NCBI GenBank assembly: GCA_051877755.1
Contig: JBJEJE010000003.1
Coordinates: 21,460-85,459 of the forward strand
Length of the DNA: 64,000 nt
Source of the DNA: Lachnospiraceae bacterium
GTDB taxonomy: Bacteria > Bacillota > Clostridia > Lachnospirales > Lachnospiraceae
Direction: 5' to 3'
The notes under the pieces were generated by a model. It was not told the DNA's origin and did not search any database. It worked only from the letters and a program-made list of their open reading frames with translations. Position 1 is the first letter of the stretch. Every line of letters starts with the position of its first letter. Positions 9,463 to 19,300 of the stretch are shown piece after piece. A program made the translations under genes and the position numbers.

Positions 9463-10869
9463 TTACTTTTTATAAACGATTTTTCCGTTGCAAATTGTAT
9501 ACTGAATTTCTCCCTTTAAAGTTTGTCCTTTGAATGGGGAGTTATCCGATTTAGAAGAAAAAGAATCAAAAGTCTTTTCATTATCTGTAAAAATAACCAA
9601 ATCAGCAGGTCCACCTTCTGCAAGATAGCCACAGTCTAAATGATACATGGAAGCAGGATTGATTGTCATTTTTTCAAGTAATTCCATGTAAGATAAATGA
9701 CCAGGTTTCACCAGATTAGTAATCCCTAATGAAAGAGCAGTTTCTAATCCAATGATACCGCTAGGTGCTTCCGTAATTGGTTTGGCTTTTTCTTCTGTAC
9801 TATGGGGAGCATGATCTGTAGCGATAATATCAATTGTGTTATCTTTAAGTCCTCTAATGATTGCCTGTCTATCCTGTTCTGTACGTAGAGGAGGGTTCAT
9901 TTTAGCCAGGGTTCCATATTGAATTGCAGCTTCTTCGGTTAATGAAAAATGATGAGGAGTTGCTTCTGCATGAATATTAATAGTCTGTGCAATATCCATA
10001 GGAATGCTCTGTGTAACAGAATTATCAAAATCAGATGGATTTGTAATATCCGTCATCTCTTCCCGTGATTTAGGTAGTGGGAGAGTAAGATTATTCTTTG
10101 CAATAATATCTAATTTTTTCTGACGAACCAGTTCCACACCTTCCTTTGTACTGATATGCTGAATATTAATTGGTGCATCTAATTCTTCAGCAAGAGATAA
10201 ATCACGATAGATTAAATCAATTTCAGCACCTCTAGGGGAACCTTCAATCTGATAATATTCGGAAGCTTTACCATGATTGATTCCATTATTGGTGATCAAT
10301 TCTGGATTCTCTTCATGAAAACTCAGTGGTACATTTAATTCCTTTGCCATTTTCATAGCAGCAACAACCATAGTTTCATCCATCATAGGAATACCATCAT
10401 CCGTAAAACCAACAGCACCATTTTCTTTTAGAAACTCCATATCAGTTAATTCTTTTCCCTGTAATCCTTTTGTGATAGAAGCACAGGTAAGTACATGGAT
10501 ATCTGTTTCTAATCCTTTATCAATTACATAACGAAGGGTATCTATATTGTCTACAGTTGGCTTAGTATTAGCCATTAAAACCACAGTGGTATAACCGCCT
10601 TTGGCAGCCGCCTTTGCACCGGTAAGAATATCTTCCTTATAAGTAAAACCGGGATCACGGAAGTGAACATGAACATCTACCAGTCCTGGGGCAATCATCA
10701 TGTTATCTGCATAGATAATCTGTAAATCTTTCTGTTCTTCCTCAGATAAATCAATCTCCATAATAAAAGAATCAATTTTTCGGATTTTGTTGTCTTCAAT
10801 CAATATATCATAAATTCCGTTGCGTCCAGACTTTGGGTCAATAACATAACCATTTTTAATAAGAAGCAT
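9463..10869 (-). CDS. pyrC: Dihydroorotase-family amidohydrolase (PyrC-like) with an internal ~40-aa insertion
   Basis: The metal-binding motif is PGLVDVHVHFRDPG, with FTDDG, HISTKEGV, AEATPHHF, ATDHAPH and the C-terminal GxxADLVIF. At 468 aa it is longer than typical class I enzymes. Confidence 0.82.
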   Translation of the reverse strand: MLLIKNGYVIDPKSGRNGIYDILIEDNKIRKIDSFIMEIDLSEEEQKDLQIIYADNMMIAPGLVDVHVHFRDPGFTYKEDILTGAKAAAKGGYTTVVLMANTKPTVDNIDTLRYVIDKGLETDIHVLTCASITKGLQGKELTDMEFLKENGAVGFTDDGIPMMDETMVVAAMKMAKELNVPLSFHEENPELITNNGINHGKASEYYQIEGSPRGAEIDLIYRDLSLAEELDAPINIQHISTKEGVELVRQKKLDIIAKNNLTLPLPKSREEMTDITNPSDFDNSVTQSIPMDIAQTINIHAEATPHHFSLTEEAAIQYGTLAKMNPPLRTEQDRQAIIRGLKDNTIDIIATDHAPHSTEEKAKPITEAPSGIIGLETALSLGITNLVKPGHLSYMELLEKMTINPASMYHLDCGYLAEGGPADLVIFTDNEKTFDSFSSKSDNSPFKGQTLKGEIQYTICNGKIVYKK

Positions 10870-11020
10870 ATGGGTTCCTCCTAAAATAAATTTACTGTAT
10901 TATGAAAAGTGTATCACATTTTTTTATATTCAACAATGAAAAGAATAGAATATGCAAAATTAACTGTAGTCAAAATTTAAACATAGAATGAAATAATTGT
11001 AATTAGGATAAAAAGTATAG

Positions 11021-11057
11021 AAAAAACCGGAAACCACAATTAGTGATTCCCGGTTTT
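11021..11057 (-). terminator. Intrinsic terminator of argS
   Basis: The minus strand reads AAACCGGGAATCAC-TAATT-GTGGTTTCCGGTTT followed by a T-run. The stem is 14 bp including 2 G-U pairs, and it starts 8 nt after the argS stop. Confidence 0.75.
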
Positions 11058-11064
11058 GCTCTCC

Positions 11065-12750
11065 TTACATCTGCTCAGGACACTGGATTCCCAATAAATC
11101 CAAAGCATCTTTCAAGGTTACTTTCGTCATGGCAACCAGCTTAGCCCGCGCATTACGAAGTTGGTCATCTTCAACATTTACACGGTCGGCATTATAGAAA
11201 CGGGAGAAGGATTGTGCCACATCCATGGCAAAACGAGCCACAATGGAAGGTTCATATTTCTCAGCTGCATCAGCCACAACCTGAGGAAAACGATTGATTT
11301 CCTTTAACAGTGCAATTGCTTCGTCATCCAGCAATAAGCTGTAGTCAATATCCGCATTGGCATCATAGGAAATGCTTCTAAGGATACTTGCACAACGACA
11401 GTAAGTATACTGCACATATGGACCCGTCTCTCCATCGAAATTCAGTACTTTGTCCCATTTAAAGGAAACATCTTTGATTCTCTGGTTATATAAATCATGG
11501 AAGATGATGGCACCAACACCAACGGTTTTGGCAACTTCGTCCTTGTCTTCCAAATCCGGATTCTTTTCTGCAATAACTCCTTTTACTTTTTCAATGGCTT
11601 CTAACAGAATATCTTCTGCATAAATGATATTACCACTTCTTGTAGAAAGCTTTGCACCTTCCAGACTCACTAAACCGTATGGAATATGAACCAGACTGTC
11701 TTTTGCCCAATCATTTCCCAGTAATTCCACTACCTTAAATACCTGTGCAAAATGAAGCTTCTGTTCCTGACCGGTGACATAAAGACATTTTTCAAAATTC
11801 CAGCGTTCTTTACGATAGAAGATAGCTGCCAGATCACGGGTAGCATAAATGGAACTTCCATCTTTTTTCATAATGAGACAAGGAGGCATATCATATTCTT
11901 CCAAATCCACAATCTGGGCACCCTGACTTTCCTGTAACAGATTGGCATCCTGGAGACGTTTTACCACATCTGCGGTTTTATCCCGGTAGAAGCTTTCACC
12001 AAGATAATGGTCGAAATCCATGCCAAGCAAAGAATAGGTTCCCTTATATTCCTTCAGACTGATATCCACAAACCACTGCCATATGGAAAGAGCCTCTTCG
12101 TTGCCGTGTTCCATCTGTGTGAACCAATCTCTAGCCTGATCATTTAAAGAATCATCCTTTTCTGCTTCCTCATGAAATTTTACATAGAGACGCATTAATT
12201 CAGCAACACCGTCTTTCTCAACAGCTTCCTTACTTCCCCATGCTTTATAGGCAACAATCAGTTTACCAAACTGGGTTCCCCAGTCTCCTAAATGATTGAT
12301 ACGTTCCACCTTATAACCGAGTTTGCTGTATATCTTGTAAAGGGAGTTTCCAATAATTGTTGTACGGAGATGACCTACATGGAAATTCTTTGCTACATTC
12401 GGTGAAGAATAATCAATGCAGATTGTCTTGCCGTTTCCCACAGTGGAAGAACCAAAATTGTCTACATCTGCAGTCTCCACCATGGTCTTTACAAAAAGTT
12501 CCTTTTTAATAAAGAAATTCAGATAGGCACCCTTTACCTCTAACCGGTCTATAAAATCCACTTCGCCGATTTTGTCTGCAATGTCTGCAGCAATCAGTGG
12601 AGGTGCTTTGTGCAATGTTTTTGCCAGCTGAAAACATGGAAATGCATAATCCCCCATGTCCGCTTTTGGCGGAATCTCTAAAATGTCTGCAACGGTATCT
12701 ATATCTAAATTAGCTGCAGTTGAAATTAAGTTGATGATCTTGTTCTTCAT
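11065..12750 (-). CDS. argS: Arginine--tRNA ligase
   Basis: Class I motifs are SSPNVAKNFHVGHLR (HIGH) and a KMSK-like LSTRSG. The C-terminal anticodon-binding region ends in the conserved M. Length is 561 aa. Confidence 0.96.
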   Translation of the reverse strand: MKNKIINLISTAANLDIDTVADILEIPPKADMGDYAFPCFQLAKTLHKAPPLIAADIADKIGEVDFIDRLEVKGAYLNFFIKKELFVKTMVETADVDNFGSSTVGNGKTICIDYSSPNVAKNFHVGHLRTTIIGNSLYKIYSKLGYKVERINHLGDWGTQFGKLIVAYKAWGSKEAVEKDGVAELMRLYVKFHEEAEKDDSLNDQARDWFTQMEHGNEEALSIWQWFVDISLKEYKGTYSLLGMDFDHYLGESFYRDKTADVVKRLQDANLLQESQGAQIVDLEEYDMPPCLIMKKDGSSIYATRDLAAIFYRKERWNFEKCLYVTGQEQKLHFAQVFKVVELLGNDWAKDSLVHIPYGLVSLEGAKLSTRSGNIIYAEDILLEAIEKVKGVIAEKNPDLEDKDEVAKTVGVGAIIFHDLYNQRIKDVSFKWDKVLNFDGETGPYVQYTYCRCASILRSISYDANADIDYSLLLDDEAIALLKEINRFPQVVADAAEKYEPSIVARFAMDVAQSFSRFYNADRVNVEDDQLRNARAKLVAMTKVTLKDALDLLGIQCPEQM

Positions 12751-12839
12751 AGAAGCCTCCTACTATATGTTAAATATTATTGTCTGATATATATCTTTTG
12801 GTAATGGTTATAATATCATGTTATCCATAATGATATCCG

Positions 12840-13976
12840 TTATTTCTTAATGGGAAAAGAAAATCTCACATTGGTTCCCGAAATCAAATCTCCCTGAATC
12901 TGAAGTTTTCCGTCTAACTGATAAATGGTCTCATGAAGTTTGTGAAGACCGGAAGACCAGGCAGAGCGTTCCAGATAATCCTCTGGGATTCCCACACCAT
13001 TATCATTTACATAGACATCAATCAGCCGGCTGCTGATAAAAATCTTGGCGGTTACACGGTTTGCATTGGAATGCTTAAATATATTGTCGAATACCTCCCG
13101 TAACATCTTAATCAGCCGTATGGTAATAACCGGCGGAAGATTCATCTCATGCTCGGTGCAGTCACAGGAGGAGTCGATCATACATTCCGGATGTGCCTGC
13201 TTGTAACCGGCAATCAGTTTATCCACCTGATCCCAGATTGGCTGCTTTATGTCAATGTTATAGTTTAAATGATCCAGTACTTCGTCTAAGGATGTTAATA
13301 TTGCCTGCTGTGAATTATGCAGTTCATTCAGAGTAACCTTTGCACGTCCGATATCTGAATGCAAAAGCCATTTTAAAACATCCATTTTATTCAGATTGGA
13401 AATCAGTTCCTGTTTGATGTTCTGATCCAGGGAAGAAGCATATTGAAAATGTTCGTAATCCTCTAACATTAGCATATTGTAATTATGTGTGGTCTTGGAC
13501 TCTGTATCCTCTGTCTCAATAAATTCAATGGCATCCTCTGTGGTATCCTCATTTCCTATGTCGCTGTGGCTGCTTCCAACCAGAACAGTATGAATGCATT
13601 TGCTGGCCTTGGACAGCATCTCCACCTGTTCCTTATAAAACAGGATATCTTCTTCTATCTGATTGATCCGGTTTATGAGACGTTCCCTTGCGTCTTCCAA
13701 GTCCTTTATCTGCAGGGCAATCTGTTTCCCTTTCGTCATGGTGCTCCCATTGTCATCTGAGAGAGGAGAGAAAACATTGCGCCGGTTATCAATGTGATAG
13801 GTATAAAGATCCCTTGTTTTTTCAAGGGTTTCAATCTGTACCTCCAATTCAAACAGCTCGGTTTTCAAACTCTGAACCAGCTCTAAGTTGCTGACATAGG
13901 TTTTGTTAAAATAATCCAATGTTTTGGAATTGGCTTCCTCTATGATGTTAAGTGGGTTCATTTCATCATTTGCCAT
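12840..13976 (-). CDS. Cytoplasmic GHKL/HATPase_c protein with coiled-coil N-terminus (DegS-like architecture, orphan)
   Basis: The N-box is FDNIFKHSNANRV and G1 is VNDNGVGIP, with G2-like SSGLHKL. There is no TM segment. The N-terminal half is heptad-rich. No canonical H-box and no adjacent response regulator were found. Confidence 0.6.
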   Translation of the reverse strand: MANDEMNPLNIIEEANSKTLDYFNKTYVSNLELVQSLKTELFELEVQIETLEKTRDLYTYHIDNRRNVFSPLSDDNGSTMTKGKQIALQIKDLEDARERLINRINQIEEDILFYKEQVEMLSKASKCIHTVLVGSSHSDIGNEDTTEDAIEFIETEDTESKTTHNYNMLMLEDYEHFQYASSLDQNIKQELISNLNKMDVLKWLLHSDIGRAKVTLNELHNSQQAILTSLDEVLDHLNYNIDIKQPIWDQVDKLIAGYKQAHPECMIDSSCDCTEHEMNLPPVITIRLIKMLREVFDNIFKHSNANRVTAKIFISSRLIDVYVNDNGVGIPEDYLERSAWSSGLHKLHETIYQLDGKLQIQGDLISGTNVRFSFPIKK

Positions 13977-14023
13977 ATCGTGTTCCTCATAAAATCTTAT
14001 GTGATTAAGAATTCTTTGGTAAA

Positions 14024-15445
14024 TCAGAAGTAGTAGTCATCATCACGCTGTTTACGTCTTCTGTGGTGATTCCGATAACCGCGTCTTCTCTGGCTGCGTC
14101 GTATTCTTCTCACAAATGCTGCAAAGAGCATATAAATAAGAAGAACTACAATAAGTGCTGCAATTACAATTCCGATTTTCAATAAAACTTTACCAATGGT
14201 TTTCCATATAGATGGAGAGATATCATCCTCTTTTTCCTGTGTCATCTGGGAGGAAAGAAGGGGAGTGGTACTGGTAATAGGGATAGAACCAATCTGTTCG
14301 CCATCATATGTAAATATAATTTCACCTAACACGTTGTCCTGTGCTTTGTCATATAACTTGATTTCCCGTTCTATTTTTGTGGTATCCACTGTCTTGTTGA
14401 TAAGCAGAGAATAATTTTTGTCCACGGTTAAATCAATCATTTCATGGTCTAAGTTGGAATAATAGTTATCCAAAATGACATTATTATCTGCAGCATCTTC
14501 TGTTTCTGAATCAAAGGAAAAGTCGGAAAGAGGATAAAAATAGGTGTAGTTATTATAGCAGTAATTGTATAAAGCCCTGGAATCCGTATAGGTATATTGC
14601 CAGCCATCACAATCTAATATAACACAGATGAGTTCTAAGCCATCTTTCTTGGCAAAGGTAACTAAAGTGTTGTTGGCATCTGTAGTATATCCCGTCTTTC
14701 CACCTTCACAGTATTCATAGTAATATGGCTGGGCAGGATTAATCATTTTGTTACCATTCCACAAAGGTCTTGTCACATCTGCTAAATTAGTCTCCGGAAC
14801 CGTGTAGGATAAGGTACCGGCAACCTCACGGAAAGTATCATTCTGCAAAGCAGCCCTGGTAATTAGAGCCAGGTCGTAGGCAGTGGTATAATGTTCCTCA
14901 TCATGGAGACCATTTGGTGTTACAAAATGGGTATTTTCGCAGCCGAGTTTGGCAGCAGTGTCATTCATGAGCTGGGCAAAGGATTCGATATCCCCTGAGA
15001 CATATTCAGCCAGGGCATAGGCACATTCGTTGCCGGAAATCAGCATAGTACCATACATAAGATCGCCTAAGGTTACCTGTTCTCCAACATCCAGACCAAG
15101 CAGAGAACTGTTGCGGTCGACGCCCCAGATTGAATTTTCAGACATGGTAATGGTTTCGTTAAAATCCAGACCATGTTCCAAAGCAAGATATGCGGTCATA
15201 ATCTTGGTGGTACTGGCGGGGTACTTCTTCTCATGGGCATTCTTTTCATATAGAACCTGTCCTGTTGAAGCATCCATTACAATTGCTGCATTCGAAACAA
15301 GATCCGGTTCTCTGGAGGGATCATCCGGATATTCGGTTGTTTCCGGATGTTCTGTTGTTGCTTCTGTAATCCCTGTGGCATAGCAAGGCACAGAAAATGT
15401 GAATATAAGTAGTAATGCCAGCAGTATGGCAGATACCTTTTTCAT
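14024..15445 (-). CDS. Serine-type D-Ala-D-Ala carboxypeptidase (PBP5/DacB-like)
   Basis: A signal peptide is present. Active-site motifs are ASTTK (SxxK), SGN and KTGYT. There is a C-terminal TM helix plus an Arg-rich tail. Confidence 0.88.
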   Translation of the reverse strand: MKKVSAILLALLLIFTFSVPCYATGITEATTEHPETTEYPDDPSREPDLVSNAAIVMDASTGQVLYEKNAHEKKYPASTTKIMTAYLALEHGLDFNETITMSENSIWGVDRNSSLLGLDVGEQVTLGDLMYGTMLISGNECAYALAEYVSGDIESFAQLMNDTAAKLGCENTHFVTPNGLHDEEHYTTAYDLALITRAALQNDTFREVAGTLSYTVPETNLADVTRPLWNGNKMINPAQPYYYEYCEGGKTGYTTDANNTLVTFAKKDGLELICVILDCDGWQYTYTDSRALYNYCYNNYTYFYPLSDFSFDSETEDAADNNVILDNYYSNLDHEMIDLTVDKNYSLLINKTVDTTKIEREIKLYDKAQDNVLGEIIFTYDGEQIGSIPITSTTPLLSSQMTQEKEDDISPSIWKTIGKVLLKIGIVIAALIVVLLIYMLFAAFVRRIRRSQRRRGYRNHHRRRKQRDDDYYF

Positions 15446-15678
15446 CTAAATATACTCCTTTAAATAGATAAACATAATTAAATTTATTTTATTATATCTC
15501 GCGAAGTGTGTCAACCTTTGTAAAATTCTGTAGAAAATTAGTTGTTATATTCTTGAAAAATAAGTTTTCATTTCTACCAGACTATGATAAAATAGAAGAA
15601 ACAAAAAGATCGCATGGTTGTGCGGTCTTTTTGACTCTATAAGATATTTCAGCTTTATGATAAAAAGAGGGTGGTAGC

Positions 15679-16143
15679 ATGAATAAGAAGGACATCGAGT
15701 TTAAAATCATGGAACGGCGTCCGATTTTCTGTAAAAACTGTGGGGGAAAGCTGTTTTACCAGAGTGGAGGTTTATATCGCTGTGAGGATTGTGGCGAAGA
15801 AGAACTGGATGATTTTGGAAAAATAAAACAATATCTGGAGGAACATGGTCCGTCTGCCGCTACATTTATTTCAGAGGGAACGGGGGTATCCCTGGAGATT
15901 ATCAATCTTTTTCTGAAAAATGGAAGGTTGGAGATTCCGGAGGGCAGTAATTTCTATATCAAATGTGAACGATGTGGATGTTCTCTGCGGTTTGGACGAT
16001 ATTGTTATGGCTGCACAAAAGAACTGGCAGGACAGCTTAAGGGTGCCATGTTTGAGCAGATGGGAGAAAAACCAAAGTCAGTACAGGAAAAAGAAAAGGG
16101 AAAAATGCATTTTCTGGATAATGCAGGAAAGAAGAAAAAATAA
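15679..16143 (+). CDS. Zinc-ribbon/HTH protein resembling the YvyF (flagellar-region) family
   Basis: Paired CxxC motifs occur at both ends (CKNCGG...CEDCG and CERCG...CYGC) around a helix-turn-helix-like core. The layout matches my recollection of B. subtilis YvyF. GAGGGTGG RBS is present. Confidence 0.45.
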   Translation: MNKKDIEFKIMERRPIFCKNCGGKLFYQSGGLYRCEDCGEEELDDFGKIKQYLEEHGPSAATFISEGTGVSLEIINLFLKNGRLEIPEGSNFYIKCERCGCSLRFGRYCYGCTKELAGQLKGAMFEQMGEKPKSVQEKEKGKMHFLDNAGKKKK

Positions 16144-16172
16144 AAAGAAATCCCTGTGAAGCACGGATAAGA

Positions 16173-16215
16173 GGACAGTTTTGCCCACCAAACAGCAGGA
16201 ATATTTTGGTAGAAT
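16173..16215 (+). promoter_or_regulatory. Promoter/operator module copy 1 (GGACAGTTTTGCCCACCAAA, then 17 nt, then TGGTAGAAT) upstream of LRR surface protein 1
   Basis: The inverted repeat GGACA-N4-TGCCC plus ACCAAA occupies the -35 position of an extended -10 promoter. The same module appears at 20931-20972 (minus strand) and 21029-21071. Confidence 0.6.
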
Positions 16216-16232
16216 ACAAAAGTAAAATATTC

Positions 16233-16261
16233 TTGATAGAATGGAATATTTTTACTATAAT
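16233..16261 (+). promoter_or_regulatory. Sigma-A-type promoter TTGATA-17-TATAAT
   Basis: TTGATA 16233-16238, a 17-nt spacer, then TATAAT 16256-16261. It lies ~55 nt upstream of ATG 16314. Confidence 0.5.
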
Positions 16262-16313
16262 TATATCAAGTTCATTCAGGAAGAACTTAGAAAAACAATA
16301 GGAGGAGTTTGTT

Positions 16314-19300
16314 ATGAAGAAATGGAAGCAAAAAAATGTTGCAGGTTTTCTTGCAATCTGCATGATACTTTCTTTGTTTACCGGTATGCCGGTAAATGCG
16401 TCGCAAGAAGATGGCCTTGACGAGGAACCGCCAGAAATTGTGAATGAAAATGGCCTGAAAGTGACTGTCGGACTAGATTTTGTAGATATTATAGACGAGA
16501 CTACGGGTGAATCGACAGGAAAACAGGAATTATTGACAACAGAAGAGGGAAGTGTAGTTATTCCTGCATATAAGAATGACGATGGAGTTCTTGTAAAACA
16601 TGAATATGCAGAATGGGAGAGGTGGACTTCCTTCTATGGAGAGGATCTTTGGCTGGATTATGTAACAGAAGATGGGATAACAACTCACGTAACCTATGCT
16701 AATATAACCGTTACCTCACCATCAGGAAATGATGTAACAGAAGAAGTTGCAAGTCAACACGAGATAGACGACAGGGTGATCCGCTTCCAACCAACAGAAG
16801 CTGGAAGATATACCATAACCTATAATCTTGCTACTGCAGAAGTATCGGATAATTCTCTTACAATCAATGTAGGCTGTCCGGAAGTGGGATTCTATACCTA
16901 TCCGAAGGCAAATGCAGAGAATCTGCTAAAGGATGACTTGTTTGAATATTCCGATATTAATAAGACATTTTACACGATATTACAATGTGATGGAAGCACA
17001 ATTGCGTTAAGCGAGGAAGCTCCATTTAAAATAAAGGATTGGGATGTTAATCCGGATCCAGATACATACATAACAGACGAGACGGAAATCGCAGACTATA
17101 TAAAATATGAAGCGGTAGAGGAAGAAACAGGAATCTATAAGGTGACAGTGAACACAAATAAATATTTTGGCTTGGTAGTTACTGCTACCGTGGAAGAAGA
17201 TCAGGAAAATCCAACAAGGGACAGATGGATTAGTGTAGAGCCGAAGATGGAAGGTCTTGTCTTGAAAGATCAGATTGATTGGGATGAGGATACAGGAACA
17301 CCTTCTGTTAATTTAGAGGCCGAATTTGCAAAAGAGACCTACCCGGAATTGTACGGTACTACACTGTACTTTGCATATGTAGAGAAAGAAGGTGCCGAAG
17401 GAGAACTCATAACAGCAGATAATGAATATATTTCCGTTTCTTATGACGGAAAGCCTGCTGGTAAGGATCTGGTAGAATACGGTACAAATGAGAACAATCC
17501 TGATTTAATTGATTTTACATTTTATGAGGTTGGAGATTATACAGTAACCTATGCAATCGGTGATATCTGCTCATCTGTTGTAATTCATGTGGGTTATCCA
17601 GTTGCAGCCTTTTATACAACGGAAGAAATGAGTGCAGAGGGCTTCCTAAGAGATGGAGAATTTCCTTATAATAATGAGAACCGTACAGTATATTTTATTG
17701 TAAATGATAATCCGGATAAAACCATTACGGATACAGAAATATCTATAAATGACTGGAACGAAGAAGATATTGCTATAGAAACAATAGAAGAAAATAAGAA
17801 ATATAAGATTACGGTAAAAGACGATGTGCGAGCAAGCTTTGGATTGACGGCACAGTATTACTGCAAATGGGACTGGGAAAAAGTGCCGAAGGAGGATCGT
17901 AGGGATATTTATATGTATACCGACGAAGGTGCTATATATACAGATGGCATCGCACATTTAGGATATGCCGGATGTTATATTTCAGAGTATGAATTTGAAA
18001 CATGTAATGGTATTAACTATAACAGTGGCAATTCACAGTACTGGGTTCATGCTGATACCATTCAGGGTGTTATTGATAAGCTTGCAGCCGTTTCGGAGGG
18101 AGAAGAAGTATTATTCAATCCGGATGATCCGGATGACACTGCAACAGGCATTGTAAATACCGGATATATACATATTAACGTAAGTCACTTTGGAGATATA
18201 CAGCTGGAACCACAGTATATTTCTTCCTCCGGTAATATGAAGGGAATCCAGTTTGAAGCAGGAAACGATCATTACTTTACCATTCCGGATGAAAATCATT
18301 CTTTAACGGAAGATGGCATATACATTGAGGATAAATTGTATATTGTAACAAAAGAAGGAAAGGTAGAATTTCCAGCTTTAGCAGATGTTGATATTATCAG
18401 CCGTTATTGCGATGAATTGTATACGGTGGTAAAACATACAGAAGATGGGAAGTTGTATTATTCACTGGGTGAAAAGATTGATATAAGATTGGATTCCAAA
18501 AGTGAAAATACAATTCCGGAAGCGGACAATCAGAAAATGGCTTTGGGAGAACTGCTGGACAGTCTTGAATATAATGATGCATTTACGAAGTATTTTGATG
18601 TATATTGGATGCCTGCATTTCAATTCCCGGAATTACACGTTAATATGTATAGTGATATGAAATTTGCAGGCAATATGTCAGAACTTTATATTGGATTTAA
18701 AGATGGAGAGAATAACAAAGCAAGTATATTCTCAAGAACTGAAAATGGTTTAGAACGTGTAACAACGTATTCTAAGGATGATATAAATAAAGATTCTGAA
18801 ACCATAGACGTTGTATACGATGATATATATGCAGAGGGCGGAACAGGATATTCTGTTTCTAATGTAAAGGTTCATTTATATGAAATTGCCAGCACTTCAC
18901 AAAGTGATGAAAGCAGTACTTATGTAACAGAAGCCGGCGATAAGGTAACATTAGCGGTTGCTCCGGAACCATATTCATTAAAGGAGTTAAAATCTGAGCA
19001 GATAAAAGCCATTGAAATCGGAGAAAAATTAACCGTTTCCATTAAGGCAGATGAAATCGATCAAGCAACTGCCACAGATTCTGAAAAGAATGCCATTGAA
19101 GAGATCTGTAAGACAGTAGAAATGAACCTCGGTAAAACTGCCGTCGTTGGCGCATTTTTAGACTTATCTGTTTCAGCAAAGGTGGATACTGTAGAAGAGG
19201 AAACCAAGATTACGGAAACAAAAGCACCGATGACCGTTACAGTTCCATTAACAAAGGAATTGCAAGGGAGAAAGAATTATGCTATCGTCCGTTATCATGA

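Noticed and set aside
12751-12839. A T-box leader upstream of argS
   Set aside because: Only 89 bp are available and no T-box sequence (AATTAGGGTGGTACCGCG-like) or specifier/terminator structure is visible.
15446-15678. The strand switch (genes 4217-15445 all on the minus strand, then mostly plus) as a replication origin
   Set aside because: No DnaA-box cluster is visible in the 233-bp divergent region, and mnmG/rsmG to the left are on the plus strand. A plain divergent promoter region is sufficient to explain it.
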